Assembly (NCBI GenBank): GCA_963766715.1
Contig: CAVYBH010000015.1
Location: 64,001-128,000 of the forward strand
From: an uncultured delta proteobacterium
GTDB taxonomy: Bacteria > Myxococcota > Myxococcia > Myxococcales > Anaeromyxobacteraceae
Length of the DNA: 64,000 bases
Direction of reading: 5' to 3'
A program made the position numbers and the translations under genes. Below are positions 34,119-45,688 of this stretch, in pieces; positions within the stretch are counted from its first letter, which is position 1; each line of letters opens with the position of its first letter. The notes below the pieces were generated by a model. The model had not been told where the DNA came from, did not search any database, and was given only the letters and a program-made list of their open reading frames with translations.

Positions 34119-35157
34119 TCAGCCGCGATCGAAGGCGGCCACGAAGCCGTCCAGCCCGTCCACGAGCCGGCGGCGCTCGGCCGGCTCCACGAAGGCCGAC
34201 TCGAGGCTGTTCCTTGCCAGGCGCCAGGCCGCGGCGCCATCCAGACCGAGCGCCTCGACCGACTCGACCAGGTTCTGCTGGACGTAGCCGCCGAAGTAGG
34301 CCGGGTCGTCCGAGTGGACGCTCGCGAGCAGCCCGGCCTCCAGCATGCGCCCGAGCGGGTGGTCCGCCATCCGTCCGAACACGCCCAGGCGGACGTTGGA
34401 GAGCGGGCAGACCGTCAGCGGGATGCGGTCGCGCGCCAGCCGGGCCACGAGCGCCGGGTCCTCGAAGCAGCGCACGCCGTGGTCGATGCGCTCCACGCCG
34501 AGCGCGTCGAGGGCGCCGGCCACGTTGGCGGCAGGCCCCTCCTCGCCGGCGTGGGCCACGGCCCGGAGGCCGAGCTTCCGGGCCCGCGCGAAGACGCGGG
34601 CGAACTTCTCCGGCGGGTGGCCGCGCTCGCTCGAGTCGAGCCCCACGCCGATGAACTGGTCTCTCAGCGGGAGCGCGTCCTCCAGCGTCTCGAGGGCCTC
34701 CCGCTCGCTCAGGTGGCGGAGGAAGCAGAGGAGGAGCACCGCGCTCACGCCGCGCGCCTCGGCCTCCCGGCAGGCCCGGGAGAGGCCGCGGATCACCGTG
34801 GCGATGGGCACGCCGCGGGCGGTGTGGGTCTGGGGGTCGAAGAAGATCTCGGCCCGGACCACGCCCTCCTCCGCCGCGCGGGAGAGGTAGGCCGCGGCCA
34901 GGTCGTGGAAGTCCTGCTCGGTCACGAGCACGCGGGCGGCGGCGTAGTAGCGATCGAGGAAGCGACTGGAGGCCGGTGAACGGGCGGGTGTCCCGCAGGG
35001 CGGCCAGGCCGGCGTCCCCGAGGTCGAGGCCGTTCCGGGCGGCGAGCGCGATCGCGTGCTCGGGCTCGAGCGTTCCCTCCACGTGGACGTGCAGCTCCGC
35101 CTTCGGCATGCCGCGGAGGAAGTCGCCCATCCGCTCCGCGGGAACGTGGGGATGCAT
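34119..35157 (-). CDS. add: Adenine/adenosine deaminase (frameshift near 34960)
   Basis: MPKAELHVHVEGTLEP, EIFFDPQTHT, AHAGEEG, RIDHG, CPLSN, SDDPAYFGGY. Confidence 0.9.
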
Positions 35158-35185
35158 GGTGCTAGTATGCACGGCGGCCCCGTTC

Positions 35186-36599
35186 ATGGAGAAGAAGCCA
35201 CCGCACAGCGACCCGGGCGGACCCTCGCTCCTCATCCGCGACGCCACGCTGGTGGCCACCGTGGACGACCGGCGCCGGGAGATCCCGGGCGGCTCGGTGC
35301 TGGTGCGCGGCAACCGGATCGAGGCCGTGGGCCCGGCCGCCGGCCTGCCCCGGACCGCGGACGAGGTCATCGACGCCCGCGGCCACCTGGTCGTCCCGGG
35401 GCTCGTGAACACCCATCACCACATGTACCAGTCGCTCACCCGGGCGGTCCGCGCCGTGCAGGACGCGGAGCTCTTCTCCTGGCTGCGCGGGCTCTACCCG
35501 ATCTGGGCCCGGCTCACGCCGGAGATGGTCGACGTCTCCACGCGGGTGGCGATGGCCGAGCTCCTCCTCTCCGGCTGCACCACCACGAGCGATCACCTCT
35601 ACGTCTTCCCGAACGGCGTCCGGCTCGACGACAGCATCGAGGCCGCCCGGGCGGCGGGGATGCGCTTCACCGCCACGCGCGGGTCGATGAGCGTCGGCGA
35701 GAGCGACGGCGGGCTGCCGCCGGACTCGCTCGTCGAGCGGCCCGACGACATCCTGGCCGACACGCGCCGGCTCATCGAGCGCTACCACGACCCCTCGCAC
35801 GGCTCGCTGCTCCAGATCGCGGTGGCTCCCTGCTCGCCCTTCTCGGTGAGCCGGGACCTCATGATCGAGTCGGCGCAGCCTGGCCCGCGCCTACGGCGTG
35901 CGGATGCACACCCACCTCGCCGAGAACGACCACGACGTGGCCTACTCCCGCGAGCGGTTCGGGCGGACGCCGGCCGAGTACGCCGAGGACCTGGGCTGGC
36001 TCGGCGACGACGTCTGGCACGCCCACTGCGTGAAGCTCGACGCGACGGGGATCGCCCGCTTCGCGTCCACCGGCACCGGCGTCGCCCATTGCCCGACGAG
36101 CAACATGCGGCTCGCGAGCGGCATCGCACCGATCCCGGCGATGCGGGCGGCGGGCGTCCGGGTCGGGCTCGGCGTGGACGGAAGCGCCAGCAACGACGGG
36201 GCGCAGATGGTGGCCGAGGCCCGCATGGCCATGCTCCTGCAGCGGGTCGGGGCCTCGCTCGCGCCCTTCGGCTGCGACGTCGGCCCGTCGGCCATGAGCG
36301 CCCGCGACGCCCTCGAGCTCGCCACCCGGGGTGGCGCGACGGTGCTCGGGCGCGACGACGTCGGGCACCTGGCTCCCGGGATGTGCGCCGACCTGGCGCT
36401 CTTCGACCTGGGGACGCTCGGCTTCGCCGGCGGGGCCCCGCACGACCCGGTGGGCGCGCTCCTGCTCTGCGCGTCGCCCCAGGCCGCCTACACCATCGTC
36501 GGCGGCCGGGTGCTCGTCCGCCAGGGGCAGCTCACCTCGTTCGAGCTGGCTCCCGTCGTCGAGCGCCACAACCGGCTCGCGGTCGAGCTGGTCCGGTAG
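35186..36599 (+). CDS. 8-oxoguanine deaminase family amidohydrolase (frameshift near 35878)
   Basis: PGLVNTHHHMYQSLTR, SDHLY, APCSPFSVS, HTHLAE, HCPTSNMRLASG, DGSASND. Confidence 0.88.
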
Positions 36600-36611
36600 G
36601 CCGGAAACGAG

Positions 36612-36641
36612 GACGGGGGACCGCTCTCGCGGCCCCCCGTC
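36612..36641. terminator. Hairpin between convergent genes
   Basis: GACGGGGGACCGC-TCTC-GCGGCCCCCCGTC. Confidence 0.6.
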
Positions 36642-36665
36642 GCATTCAGCGTTCGATGCGGCGGG

Positions 36666-37811
36666 CTACTTCCCCGACGGCACCTTTCCCTCGACGCCCT
36701 TCACGTAGAAGTTGACGGCGCCGTTCCACTTGTCGTCGGCGACCACGCCCTTGGCGAGCACTTCCTTGCCGGTGTTGTCGTAGAGCGGTCCCTGGAAAGG
36801 GGCCACCGTGCCGGCCTTCATGCCCTCCCGGGCGGCCTCGACCTTCTTCTTCGTGGAGTCGGGGACGAAGGTCGCGATGCTCACGAACTCCGGCAGCCCC
36901 TCCTTCACGCCCCACTTGGTCGACTCGACCTTCCAGGTCTTGTTGAGGACGTCCCCGATGGCCTTGTCGTAGTAGATGCCCCAGTTCAGCCGGGCGGAGC
37001 CGAGGTGGGCCTTGGGCGCGAAGGCGCTCATGTCCGAGTCCCAGCCGAAGGCGTACTTGCCGTTCTTCTCGGCGGTCTGCAGGACGGCCGTCGAGTCGGT
37101 GTTCTGGAGCAGCACGTCGGCGCCCTGGTTGATGAGCGACTGGGCGGCCTCGGTCTCCTTCGGGGGATCGAACCAGCTGCTCACCCAGACCACCCGGGTC
37201 TTGATCTTGGGGTTCACGCTCTGTGCACCCAGGGTGAAGGCGTTGATGTTGCGGAGCACCTCGGGGATGGGGAACGAGCCCACGAAGCCGATGACGTTGG
37301 TCTTCGTCATCTCGCCGGCCACGATGCCGGCCAGGTAGGCGTCCTCGTAGAAGCGCCCCTCGTAGACGCGGAGGTTGGGCGCCGTCTTGTAGCCGGTGGC
37401 GTGCTCGAAGTAGACGTCCGGGAAGTCCTTGGCCACCTTCTCCATGGAATCGCCGAAGCCGAACGAGGTCGCGAAGATGACCTTGTTCCCCTGGGCGACG
37501 AGGTCGCGGATCACGCGCTCGGCGTCCGGGCCCTCGGGAACCTTCTCGACGTAGGTCGTCTTGATCCGGTCGCCGTACTTCGACTCGGCGTACTTGCGGC
37601 CGAGGTCATGGGCGAAGGTCCAGCCCGCGTCCCCGACCGGGCCGACGTAGACGAACGCCACCTTGAGCGGCTCGGGCTTGGGGGCCGGGGCGGGCGCGGC
37701 GGCGGCGGGCGCCTCCGGCTTCTTGGGCTCTTCCTTGGCGCAGCCGGTCATGCCGGCTGCACCGATCAGGGCGACGAGCCCCAGGTGCTTCAGGAGGGAA
37801 CGACGGTTCAT
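36666..37811 (-). CDS. BMP-family purine/nucleoside ABC transporter substrate-binding lipoprotein
   Basis: NRRSLLK...MTGC leader; YVGPVGDAGW, IFATSFG, PIPEVLRNINAF, WFDP. Confidence 0.92.
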   Translation of the reverse strand: MNRRSLLKHLGLVALIGAAGMTGCAKEEPKKPEAPAAAAPAPAPKPEPLKVAFVYVGPVGDAGWTFAHDLGRKYAESKYGDRIKTTYVEKVPEGPDAERVIRDLVAQGNKVIFATSFGFGDSMEKVAKDFPDVYFEHATGYKTAPNLRVYEGRFYEDAYLAGIVAGEMTKTNVIGFVGSFPIPEVLRNINAFTLGAQSVNPKIKTRVVWVSSWFDPPKETEAAQSLINQGADVLLQNTDSTAVLQTAEKNGKYAFGWDSDMSAFAPKAHLGSARLNWGIYYDKAIGDVLNKTWKVESTKWGVKEGLPEFVSIATFVPDSTKKKVEAAREGMKAGTVAPFQGPLYDNTGKEVLAKGVVADDKWNGAVNFYVKGVEGKVPSGK

Positions 37812-37878
37812 GGATGCGATTCTCCTCGGTGGTTGGGTGGGACGGCGGACGACGCGAAGGTGCTCGACGGAGACCGTT

Positions 37879-38799
37879 TCACAGGCTGGGGAAGAAGGGC
37901 TTGCCGAGGGAGGCCGGCATGTTGAGGCGGATCCAGGCGGGGTTCCGGGAGATGAGCACCAGCACCAGGATGGTGGCCAGGTAGGGGAGCATGCTCATGA
38001 GCTGGGCCGCGACGTCGACGCCCATGCCCTGGAGGTGGAGCTGCAGCATGGTCACGCCGCCGAAGAGATAGGCGCCGAGCAGGAGGCGCGTGGGCCTCCA
38101 GGTGGCGAACACGGTCAGTGCGAGCGCGATCCAGCCGCGCCCCGCCACCATGCCCTCGACCCACAGCGGGGCGTACACCACCGAGAAGTAGGCCCCGGCC
38201 ACCCCGCACAGGGCCCCGCCCGCGACCACGGCGAGGAGCCGGATCCGGCGCACCGGGTAGCCGAGGGCGTGGGCCGACTCCGGCGCCTCCCCGATGGCGC
38301 GCAGCACGAGGCCGGCGCGCGTCCGGTAGAGGAACCAGGCGATGAGGATCGCCCCCAGGGCGGCCAGGTACACCAGCGGGTGCTGCCGGAAGATGGCGGG
38401 GCCCAGGAACGGGAGGTCGCGGAGCCCGGGCACCGAGTAGTCGGCGCGCTCGGTGAGCTTCTTGCCCACGTACTCGATTCCCAGGTAGGCGGACAGGCCG
38501 CCCCCGAAGAGGCTCACGGCCAGCCCGGTCGCGTACTGGTTCGTGTTGAGCCAGATGACGAGCCAGCCGAAGCAGGCCGCGACGAGCGCCCCCGCCCCCG
38601 CCCCGGCCGCGAACCCAATCCAGTCGCTGCCGGTGTGGAAGGAGACGGCGAACCCGGCCAGCGCGGCGACGAGCATCATCCCCTCGGCGCCGAGGTTGAG
38701 GATTCCGGCGCGCTCGTTGATGAGCAGCCCGAGGCCGGCGATGGCGAGCGGGGTCCCGGCGCTGAGCGTGGCCGCGACGAGCAGGGCGAGCTCGTTCAT
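37879..38799 (-). CDS. Nucleoside ABC transporter permease
   Basis: ERAGILNLGAEG, GRGWIALALTVF, LPYLATI, MPASLGKPF. Confidence 0.9.
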   Translation of the reverse strand: MNELALLVAATLSAGTPLAIAGLGLLINERAGILNLGAEGMMLVAALAGFAVSFHTGSDWIGFAAGAGAGALVAACFGWLVIWLNTNQYATGLAVSLFGGGLSAYLGIEYVGKKLTERADYSVPGLRDLPFLGPAIFRQHPLVYLAALGAILIAWFLYRTRAGLVLRAIGEAPESAHALGYPVRRIRLLAVVAGGALCGVAGAYFSVVYAPLWVEGMVAGRGWIALALTVFATWRPTRLLLGAYLFGGVTMLQLHLQGMGVDVAAQLMSMLPYLATILVLVLISRNPAWIRLNMPASLGKPFFPSL

Positions 38800-39870
38800 G
38801 CGGTCCTCCGCCAGCGGAGCCGGTAGAGGATCAGCGTGTCGCAGGCGAGCAGCGAGAAGAGCAGCACGCCCTGGAACACGCCCGACAGCGCGGAGGGCAG
38901 CCCGATGCGCGACTGGGCGAGCTCGCCCCCGATGAGGAACATGGAGAGCAGGAAGCTCGCCAGCACGCACCCGACCGGGTGGAGCCGCCCGACGAAGGCC
39001 ACGATGATGGCGGTGAACCCGTACCCGGACGCCACGTAGGGCGTCGAGCTGGCCCATGGGGCCGCACACCTCGAAGGCGCCGGCCACCCCGGCGAGCGCC
39101 CCGGAGACGAGCAGCGTGGTCCAGAGCGCCGAGCGCCCGGAGAAGCCCGCGTAGCGGGCGGCGGCCGGGGCCGGCCCCCCGACCTGGAGCTTGAAGCCCT
39201 GGAGCATCCGGAACAGGAAGGCCCACATCGCGACCGCCGCGAGGAGCGCCGCCACGAACCCCACGTGGAGCCGCATGCCCTGGAGGATCCGCGGCAGCTC
39301 GGTGGCCCGGGAGAAGTTGACGGTCTGCGGGAAGTTGAAGCCGTCCGGGTTCTTCCAGGGACCGAACACCAGGTAGCTGAGCAGGAGGTTCGCGACGTAC
39401 ACGAGCATCAGGCTGACGAGGATCTCGCTCGCGTGGAACCGGTCGCGCAGGAAGGCGACGAGGGACGCCCAGAACGCGCCGCCGATGGCCCCGGCCAGGA
39501 TCGCGAGCGGGAAGAAGACCCAGGGCGACATGGCGATCCCGGCGTTCGTGACCGTGAGCGCCAGCCAGCCGCTGGTGATGGCGCCGAGCAGGTACTGCCC
39601 CTCCGCGCCGATGTTCCAGACGTTGGACCGGTAGCAGAGCGCGAGCCCCAGCGAGATGAGGATGAGCGGCGTGGCCTTCAGGCCGAGCTCGGTCAGGGCC
39701 CGCGTCCCGTTGAACGGCTCCACCAGGAAGACCGACAGGCTGCGGACCGGGTCCTTGCCGAGGGCCGCGAAGAGCAGCCCGGCGACCAGCACCGTGAAGA
39801 GGAGCGCCACGACCGGCGAGAGCACGCTCATCCAGGGCGAGGGGGCGGTGCGGGCCTCGAGCTCGATCAC
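38796..39870 (-). CDS. Nucleoside ABC transporter permease (frameshift near 39040)
   Basis: [38 protein letters not shown]. Confidence 0.88.
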
Positions 39871-41396
39871 GCCGCGCCCCCGCTGGCCACGGCCGGCTCG
39901 GCGGGCCACAGCCCGCTCATCCACTCGCCGATGAGCTCCCGGGTGGCGACGTGGGTGGAGATGGACGGGGAGATGCGTCCCTTGGAGATGACGTGGAGCC
40001 GGTCGGTGACCTCGAAGAGCTCCTCGAGCTCCTCCGACACCACGAGCACGGCGCAGCCGGCGTCGCGGAGCGCCACGAGCTCGGCCCGGATCTGGGCGCT
40101 GGCGCCGACGTCCACGCCCCAGGTCGGCTGGGCGACGACGAGCACCCGGGGCACGGCGTCGATCTCGCGGCCCACGATGTACTTCTGGAGGTTCCCGCCG
40201 GAGAGGCTGCGCGCCACCGCACCGGGACCCGACGTCTTCACGCCGAACCGCTCGATGATGCCCGCCGCCTGCCTCCGCAGCGCGCCGCGGTCGATCCATC
40301 CCAGGGCCCGCAGCGATTCACGCCGCGTGAGCAGCAGGTTGATGGAGAGCGTGAGGGTGGGCACCGCCCCGCGCCCGAGCCGCTCCTCCGGGACGAAGTG
40401 GAGCCCCTTCCGCCGCCGCTCCCCGGCCGACATCCGCCCGATGCTCGCGCCGAAGAGCTGGACCGCGGCTGCGGGGGCGCGCGGGTCCTCGCCCGAGACG
40501 GCGGCCAGGAGCTCCTGCTGGCCGTTCCCGGACACGCCGGCGATCCCCACGATCTCGCCCTCGTGCAGGTCGAGGGAGATCCCGTCCAGCGTGACGCCGA
40601 AGCGATCGATCCGCGGCAGGTGCAGGTCGCTTATCCGGAGCGCCAGCTTGCCCGGGTTCGGCGCGCGCAGCTCCAGCCGCGGCGGCGCGCTTCCGATCAT
40701 GAGCCGGGAGAGGCTGGCGGTGGTCTCGACCATGGGGTCGCAGGTGCCGGTGACCTTGCCGGCCCGGAGCGCCGTGCACTGGTGGCAGAGGCTGCGGATC
40801 TCGTCGAGCTTGTGGCTGATGTAGAGGATCGAGCAGCCGGTGGACGCGAGCTTCCGGAGCATCACGAAGAGCCGGTCGACCGCCTGGGGCGTGAGCACCG
40901 AGGTGGGCTCGTCGAGGATGAGCAGCTTCGGATCGGTGAGCAGGGCGCGGACGATCTCGACCCGCTGCCGCTCGCCGACCGAGAGGGTGTGGACGGGGCG
41001 TCCGGGGTCGAGCTCGAGGCCGTACTCGGCGGCCTTCCGCTGCATCCGGACGGTCATCTGCGGAAGCGATTCCTCCCGGCCCAGCCCGAGCCAGACGTTC
41101 TCGGCCACGGTGAGCGTGTCGAAGAGGGAGAAGTGCTGGAACACCATGGCGATGCCGAGGGCGCGCGCCTCGTGCGGCGAGCGGACGTGGACCTCCTCGC
41201 CGTTCCACCGGATGACGCCCGCGTCCGGCCGGACCGCGCCGTAGATCACCTTCATCAGGGTGGACTTGCCCGCGCCGTTCTCCCCCAGGACCGAGTGGAT
41301 CTCGCCGGGCTGGACCGTGAGCGACACGTCGTCGTTCGCGACGAGCGACCCGTAGCGCTTCGTGATGTGTTCCAGCTGCAGCCTGGGAGGTGTCAC
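39867..41396 (-). CDS. Nucleoside ABC transporter ATP-binding protein (two ATPase halves; start uncertain)
   Basis: [33 protein letters not shown]. Confidence 0.92.
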   Translation of the reverse strand: MTPPRLQLEHITKRYGSLVANDDVSLTVQPGEIHSVLGENGAGKSTLMKVIYGAVRPDAGVIRWNGEEVHVRSPHEARALGIAMVFQHFSLFDTLTVAENVWLGLGREESLPQMTVRMQRKAAEYGLELDPGRPVHTLSVGERQRVEIVRALLTDPKLLILDEPTSVLTPQAVDRLFVMLRKLASTGCSILYISHKLDEIRSLCHQCTALRAGKVTGTCDPMVETTASLSRLMIGSAPPRLELRAPNPGKLALRISDLHLPRIDRFGVTLDGISLDLHEGEIVGIAGVSGNGQQELLAAVSGEDPRAPAAAVQLFGASIGRMSAGERRRKGLHFVPEERLGRGAVPTLTLSINLLLTRRESLRALGWIDRGALRRQAAGIIERFGVKTSGPGAVARSLSGGNLQKYIVGREIDAVPRVLVVAQPTWGVDVGASAQIRAELVALRDAGCAVLVVSEELEELFEVTDRLHVISKGRISPSISTHVATRELIGEWMSGLWPAEPAVASGGAA

Positions 41397-41491
41397 CGGT
41401 TCGAGTCCCTCGCCGCCGACGCGGAAGGTCGGCATACTAACCGGGCGAAGCACGCGCCGGATCTGGTCGATTCCGGAAATCGGAGACCCCC

Positions 41492-41977
41492 ATGACGCAC
41501 CCGGACGACGAGGCCATGCTGCGGAAGTCGTTCGACGTCGCGCGCCGCGCCCTCGATCACGGAAACCACCCGTTCGGCGCGATCCTGGTCGATCGTGGCG
41601 GCAACGTGCTCATCGAGTCGGAGAACGGCTACCTTCCCTCGCGCGACATGACCGCCCATGCGGAACGCCTGCTCGCGACGCGCGCGTCCACGGCCTACCG
41701 CCCCGGATTCCTGGCGTCCTGCACCCTCTACTCCTCGGCCGAGCCTTGCGCGATGTGTGCCGGCGCGGCGTACTGGGCCGGGATCGGGCGCGTGGTGTAC
41801 GGGCTCTCCGAGCGCCGGCTGAAGGAGATCACCGGGAATCACCCGGAGAATCCGACCCTCGACGTGCCCTGCCGGGTGGTGCTCGAAGGGGGCCAGCGGC
41901 GCGTGGAAGTGGTGGGGCCGCTCCTCGAGGAGGAGGGCGCGGCGCTCCACCTCTCGGCCTGGGCGCCTCGCTCCTGA
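41492..41977 (+). CDS. Nucleoside deaminase (cytidine deaminase fold)
   Basis: [20 protein letters not shown]. Confidence 0.88.
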   Translation: MTHPDDEAMLRKSFDVARRALDHGNHPFGAILVDRGGNVLIESENGYLPSRDMTAHAERLLATRASTAYRPGFLASCTLYSSAEPCAMCAGAAYWAGIGRVVYGLSERRLKEITGNHPENPTLDVPCRVVLEGGQRRVEVVGPLLEEEGAALHLSAWAPRS

Positions 41978-42175
41978 TCGCCAGCGGGGACGTCGGGCGG
42001 CGGCATGACTCCCCGCGTCAACCCGCATGCCGGAGAGGTCCCTCCGGGTCCGTCCTGCTCGCCCTTCGCGCAACCGGATGCACGGTTCACGGGCAGTCGA
42101 TGATCGCGCTTGTCGTCACAATTCGGGCCCTGTACAGAGTGTGCCTTCTCGACCACCCGGAGGGCTCACACCGCC

Positions 42176-43030
42176 ATGAACCAGTCGTTCCTTCGCAGGA
42201 CGTTCCCGCTCCTCGCCGCGCTCCTCGTCCTCTTCGTCGCCGCACCGGCCGTCGCCGAGGAGGCGCCGCCTCCGCCGTCGAAGGAGGACTCGTTCTTCAC
42301 CACCACGAACGTCCAGCTGCTCTGGGGCGGCGGCTTCTCCGACGCCCAGCTCGGGTACTACACCAAGACCCAGAGCATGTTCACGCTCACGCTCAACAAC
42401 TACACGCAGTTCAAGTTCGGCGACAGCTTCGCCTTCGTCGACATGTACCAGGGCGACTTCATCAGCCCCGTCACCGGGAACCTCTCCGACGGCAACGCCA
42501 AGATCTACGGCGAGTGGCACCCCCGCCTCCTCGTCAACCAGATGCTCGGCATGAAGGACCCCGTCCTCGGCGTCATCGGCAACTGGGGCGTCGGCGCCGA
42601 GATGAACGTCGGCAGCAACTTCTCCGCCTACCTCGTCGGCCCCAGCGTCGACCTCTTCCTCCCCCTCAACATCTACGTCGGCATGGCCTTCTACTACCGC
42701 TACAGCGCCCTCTGGCTCGCCCCGGGCGTCGGCGGCACCATCTACACCAACACCTGGCAGTTCAGCCCCTACTGGACCGTCCCCTTCTCCATCGGCCCCG
42801 TCCCCTTCCTCTTCACCGGCTTCCTCGACATGTACCAGTACTCCACCGGCGGCGTGGACGTGATGTTCCAGCCCGAGCTCCTCGTCGACGTCCTCGCTCC
42901 CTTCGGCAGCAAGAAGAACACCCTCTTCGTCGGCTGCGAGTGGTACCTCCACTCCTACGTCCTCTTCGACGGCGCTACCCGCCACACCGTCTCCGCTCCC
43001 CAGATCATGGTCCAGTGGAACATCCACTGA
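42176..43030 (+). CDS. Tsx-like outer-membrane nucleoside channel
   Basis: Signal peptide; GDSFAFVD, YGEWHPR, FTGFLD, QPELL; amphipathic beta strands; purine transport context. Confidence 0.7.
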   Translation: MNQSFLRRTFPLLAALLVLFVAAPAVAEEAPPPPSKEDSFFTTTNVQLLWGGGFSDAQLGYYTKTQSMFTLTLNNYTQFKFGDSFAFVDMYQGDFISPVTGNLSDGNAKIYGEWHPRLLVNQMLGMKDPVLGVIGNWGVGAEMNVGSNFSAYLVGPSVDLFLPLNIYVGMAFYYRYSALWLAPGVGGTIYTNTWQFSPYWTVPFSIGPVPFLFTGFLDMYQYSTGGVDVMFQPELLVDVLAPFGSKKNTLFVGCEWYLHSYVLFDGATRHTVSAPQIMVQWNIH

Positions 43031-43046
43031 GACTTCGCCCGTGAGA

Positions 43047-43085
43047 CGACGCGCCGGCGGACCCGAGCGGCTCGCCGGCGCGTCG
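43047..43085 (+). terminator. 13-bp stem hairpin downstream of the Tsx-like gene
   Basis: CGACGCGCCGGCG ... CGCCGGCGCGTCG. Confidence 0.55.
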
Positions 43086-43145
43086 CATGCAGGTCCCTTT
43101 TCCGCTAGATTCCCTGGCTCGAATCCCCCGACGAGGAGATCCCAC

Positions 43146-44144
43146 ATGCGGAAGATGCTGCTCGGCCTCCTGGCCTCCCTCCTGGTGCTCAACGTCGCCG
43201 CCGCGGCGCCGAAGTCGAAGGTGCGCATCGCGCTGATCGTGGAGTCGACGGTCGACGACAAGGGCTGGTGCCAGGCCATGCACGACGCCATCACGTCCGT
43301 GCAGAAGAAGTACGGGCCGGGGCTCGTCGAGTACGGGTACAGCGAGAAGATGAAGCCGGTGGACGCCGGGTCGGCCGCGCGCCAGTACGCGTCCAAGGGC
43401 TTCGACGTCATCATCGCGCACGGCGCCCAGTACAAGAACCTGATCCTCGAGATGGCCGAGGAGTTCCCCAAGACCACCTTCGTCTTCGGGACCAGCGCCG
43501 AGGTCGGGCCGAAGAACGTCTTCACGTACATGCCGCAGAGCGAGGAGACCGGATACCTGAACGGGCTCATCGCCGGCGCGGTCACGAAGACCAACGTGGT
43601 GGGGCTGGTGGGCCCGGTCGACGGCGGCGACGCCGCCCGGTACGACCGGGGCTTCGTCCTGGGCGTGAAGGCCGCGAACCCGAAGGCCGACGTCAAGGTG
43701 GCCCACACCGGGAGCTTCGGCGACTTCGTGAAGGCCGGAGAGCTGGCGCAGACCCAGATCAAGGCGGGCGCCGACGTCCTCACCGGCTCGTCCCAGCAGG
43801 CGCTCGGCGCGCTGCGCGCGGTGGCCGCCTACAAGGAGAAGAAGCTCTGGTGGGTCGGACAGGACCTCGCCCAGCTCAAGATGCCCGAGTCGGCGTGGGT
43901 CATCGCCGCCTCGAGCTACAACTACGCGCCGGTCATCGAGAGCATCGTCGACCGCCGGCAGGCCGGCATCCTCGGGGGCGAGAACATCCCCCTCAACTTC
44001 GCCAACGGCGGCTTCGTCTTCGAGTTCAACCCCGCGGTGGGTCCGCCGGTCGTGACGAAGGAGCTCCGGGACCGGGTCGAGGCCGCCAGGGCCGCCCTCG
44101 CCTCGGGCAAGCTCACGCTCGACTGGAAGAGCATCAAGTTCTGA
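43146..44144 (+). CDS. BMP-family ABC transporter substrate-binding protein
   Basis: Signal peptide; DDKGWCQAM, DVIIAHGAQY, GYLNG, GADVL; RBS GAGGAG. Confidence 0.88.
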   Translation: MRKMLLGLLASLLVLNVAAAAPKSKVRIALIVESTVDDKGWCQAMHDAITSVQKKYGPGLVEYGYSEKMKPVDAGSAARQYASKGFDVIIAHGAQYKNLILEMAEEFPKTTFVFGTSAEVGPKNVFTYMPQSEETGYLNGLIAGAVTKTNVVGLVGPVDGGDAARYDRGFVLGVKAANPKADVKVAHTGSFGDFVKAGELAQTQIKAGADVLTGSSQQALGALRAVAAYKEKKLWWVGQDLAQLKMPESAWVIAASSYNYAPVIESIVDRRQAGILGGENIPLNFANGGFVFEFNPAVGPPVVTKELRDRVEAARAALASGKLTLDWKSIKF

Positions 44145-44166
44145 GGGCCTGGCCCCTGGAACACGC

Positions 44167-45688
44167 ATGAATCGAGCCGATCCGCGAGCTCGCGCTCGAG
44201 GGGATCACCAAGCGCTTCCCGGGCGTGCTGGCCTGCAACCGGGTCTCGCTCGAGGTTCGCCGCGGAGAGGCGCTGGCGCTCGTCGGGGAGAACGGCGCCG
44301 GCAAGTCCACGCTGATGAACATCCTCGCCGGGCTCTACCAGCCCGACGAGGGGCGCATCCTGGTGAACGGCGAGCCGGTCCACTTCACCTCCCCCGCCGA
44401 CGCCTTCGATCGCGGCATCGGGATGGTGCACCAGAACTTCATGCTGGTCCCCAGCATGACGGTGGCCGAGAACGTGGCCCTCGGCATGAAGACCCTCCAC
44501 CGGGGCTTCCGGCTCGACGTGAAGGAGGCGCGGCGGCGGGTCCTCGAGGTCTCGGCCCACCACGAGCTGCCGGTGAACCCGGACGCCCCGGTCTGGCAGC
44601 TCTCGGTCGGGGAGCAGCAGCGGGTCGAGCTGGTGAAGACGCTGTGCCTGGGCGCTCGCCTGCTCATCCTGGACGAGCCCACCTCCGCGCTGACGCCGCA
44701 GGAGACCGACGATCTCCTCGAGCGGCTCGCGCGGATGATGGCCGAGCTGTCGATCATCTTCATCAGCCACAAGCTGAACGAGGTGAAGGCCCTCTCCGAC
44801 CGGGTGACCATCCTCCGTCACGGCGAGGTGGTCTTCCACGGCAGCACGGTGGACCACTCCACCTCCGAGCTGGCCGCCCTGATGACGGGGCGCGACGTGA
44901 TCCAGCCGCGCAACGAGCATTCCGGCGCGCCGGGCAAGGAGATCCTCTCCGTGCGGGACCTCCGGGTCCGCGGCGATCGCGGCCACCTGGCGCTCGACGG
45001 CCTCGACCTGGACGTGCGGGCCGGCGAGATCCTGGGCCTGGCCGGGGTCTCCGGCAACGGGCAGCGCGAGCTGGCCGACGCGCTCGCCGGGCTCCGCCCC
45101 GTCGAGTCCGGCTCGATCCGCCTCGACGGCGCCGAGATCTCCGGATCCTCCCCGCGCGCCATCATCGACAAGGGCATGGGCTACGTCCCCGAGGATCGGC
45201 ACCACGAGGGGATCGTCCCGTCCTTCTCGGTGGAGGAGAACCTGGTCCTGAAGGACTTCGCCTCCCCGCGCTTCAGCCGCGGCGGCTTCCTGCGGCTCGG
45301 GGACATCCACCGGAACGCCGACGAGCTGCGCACGCGCTTCGACATCCGCTGCTCCTCCACCTCGGCGGCGGCGGGCACCCTCTCGGGCGGGAACATCCAG
45401 AAGGTCATCCTGGCGCGCGAGCTGGTCCGCGGGCCCAAGGCGCTGGTGGCGGTCTACCCGACGCGCGGCGTGGACATGGGCGCCGCCGAGTTCATCCACG
45501 GGCAGCTCCTCGCCCTGCGCCGGAGCTCGGTCGGCATCCTCCTCGTCTCGGAGGAGCTCGAGGAGATCATGAACCTCTCCGACCGGATCGCCGTCATCTA
45601 CAAGGGGCGCATCCTGGAGGTGCTCGCCTCCCGCGACGCCACCCGGCAGAAGCTCGGGCTCCTCATGGCCGGGGTGCCCCTTGGGTAG
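44167..45688 (+). CDS. ABC transporter ATP-binding protein (frameshift near 44180)
   Basis: [36 protein letters not shown]. Confidence 0.9.

Noticed and set aside
41978..42175. Possible purine or xanthine riboswitch before the Tsx-like gene
   Set aside because: No recognisable aptamer consensus by eye, only a short TTGT-N4-ACAA palindrome; an Rfam/Infernal scan would settle it
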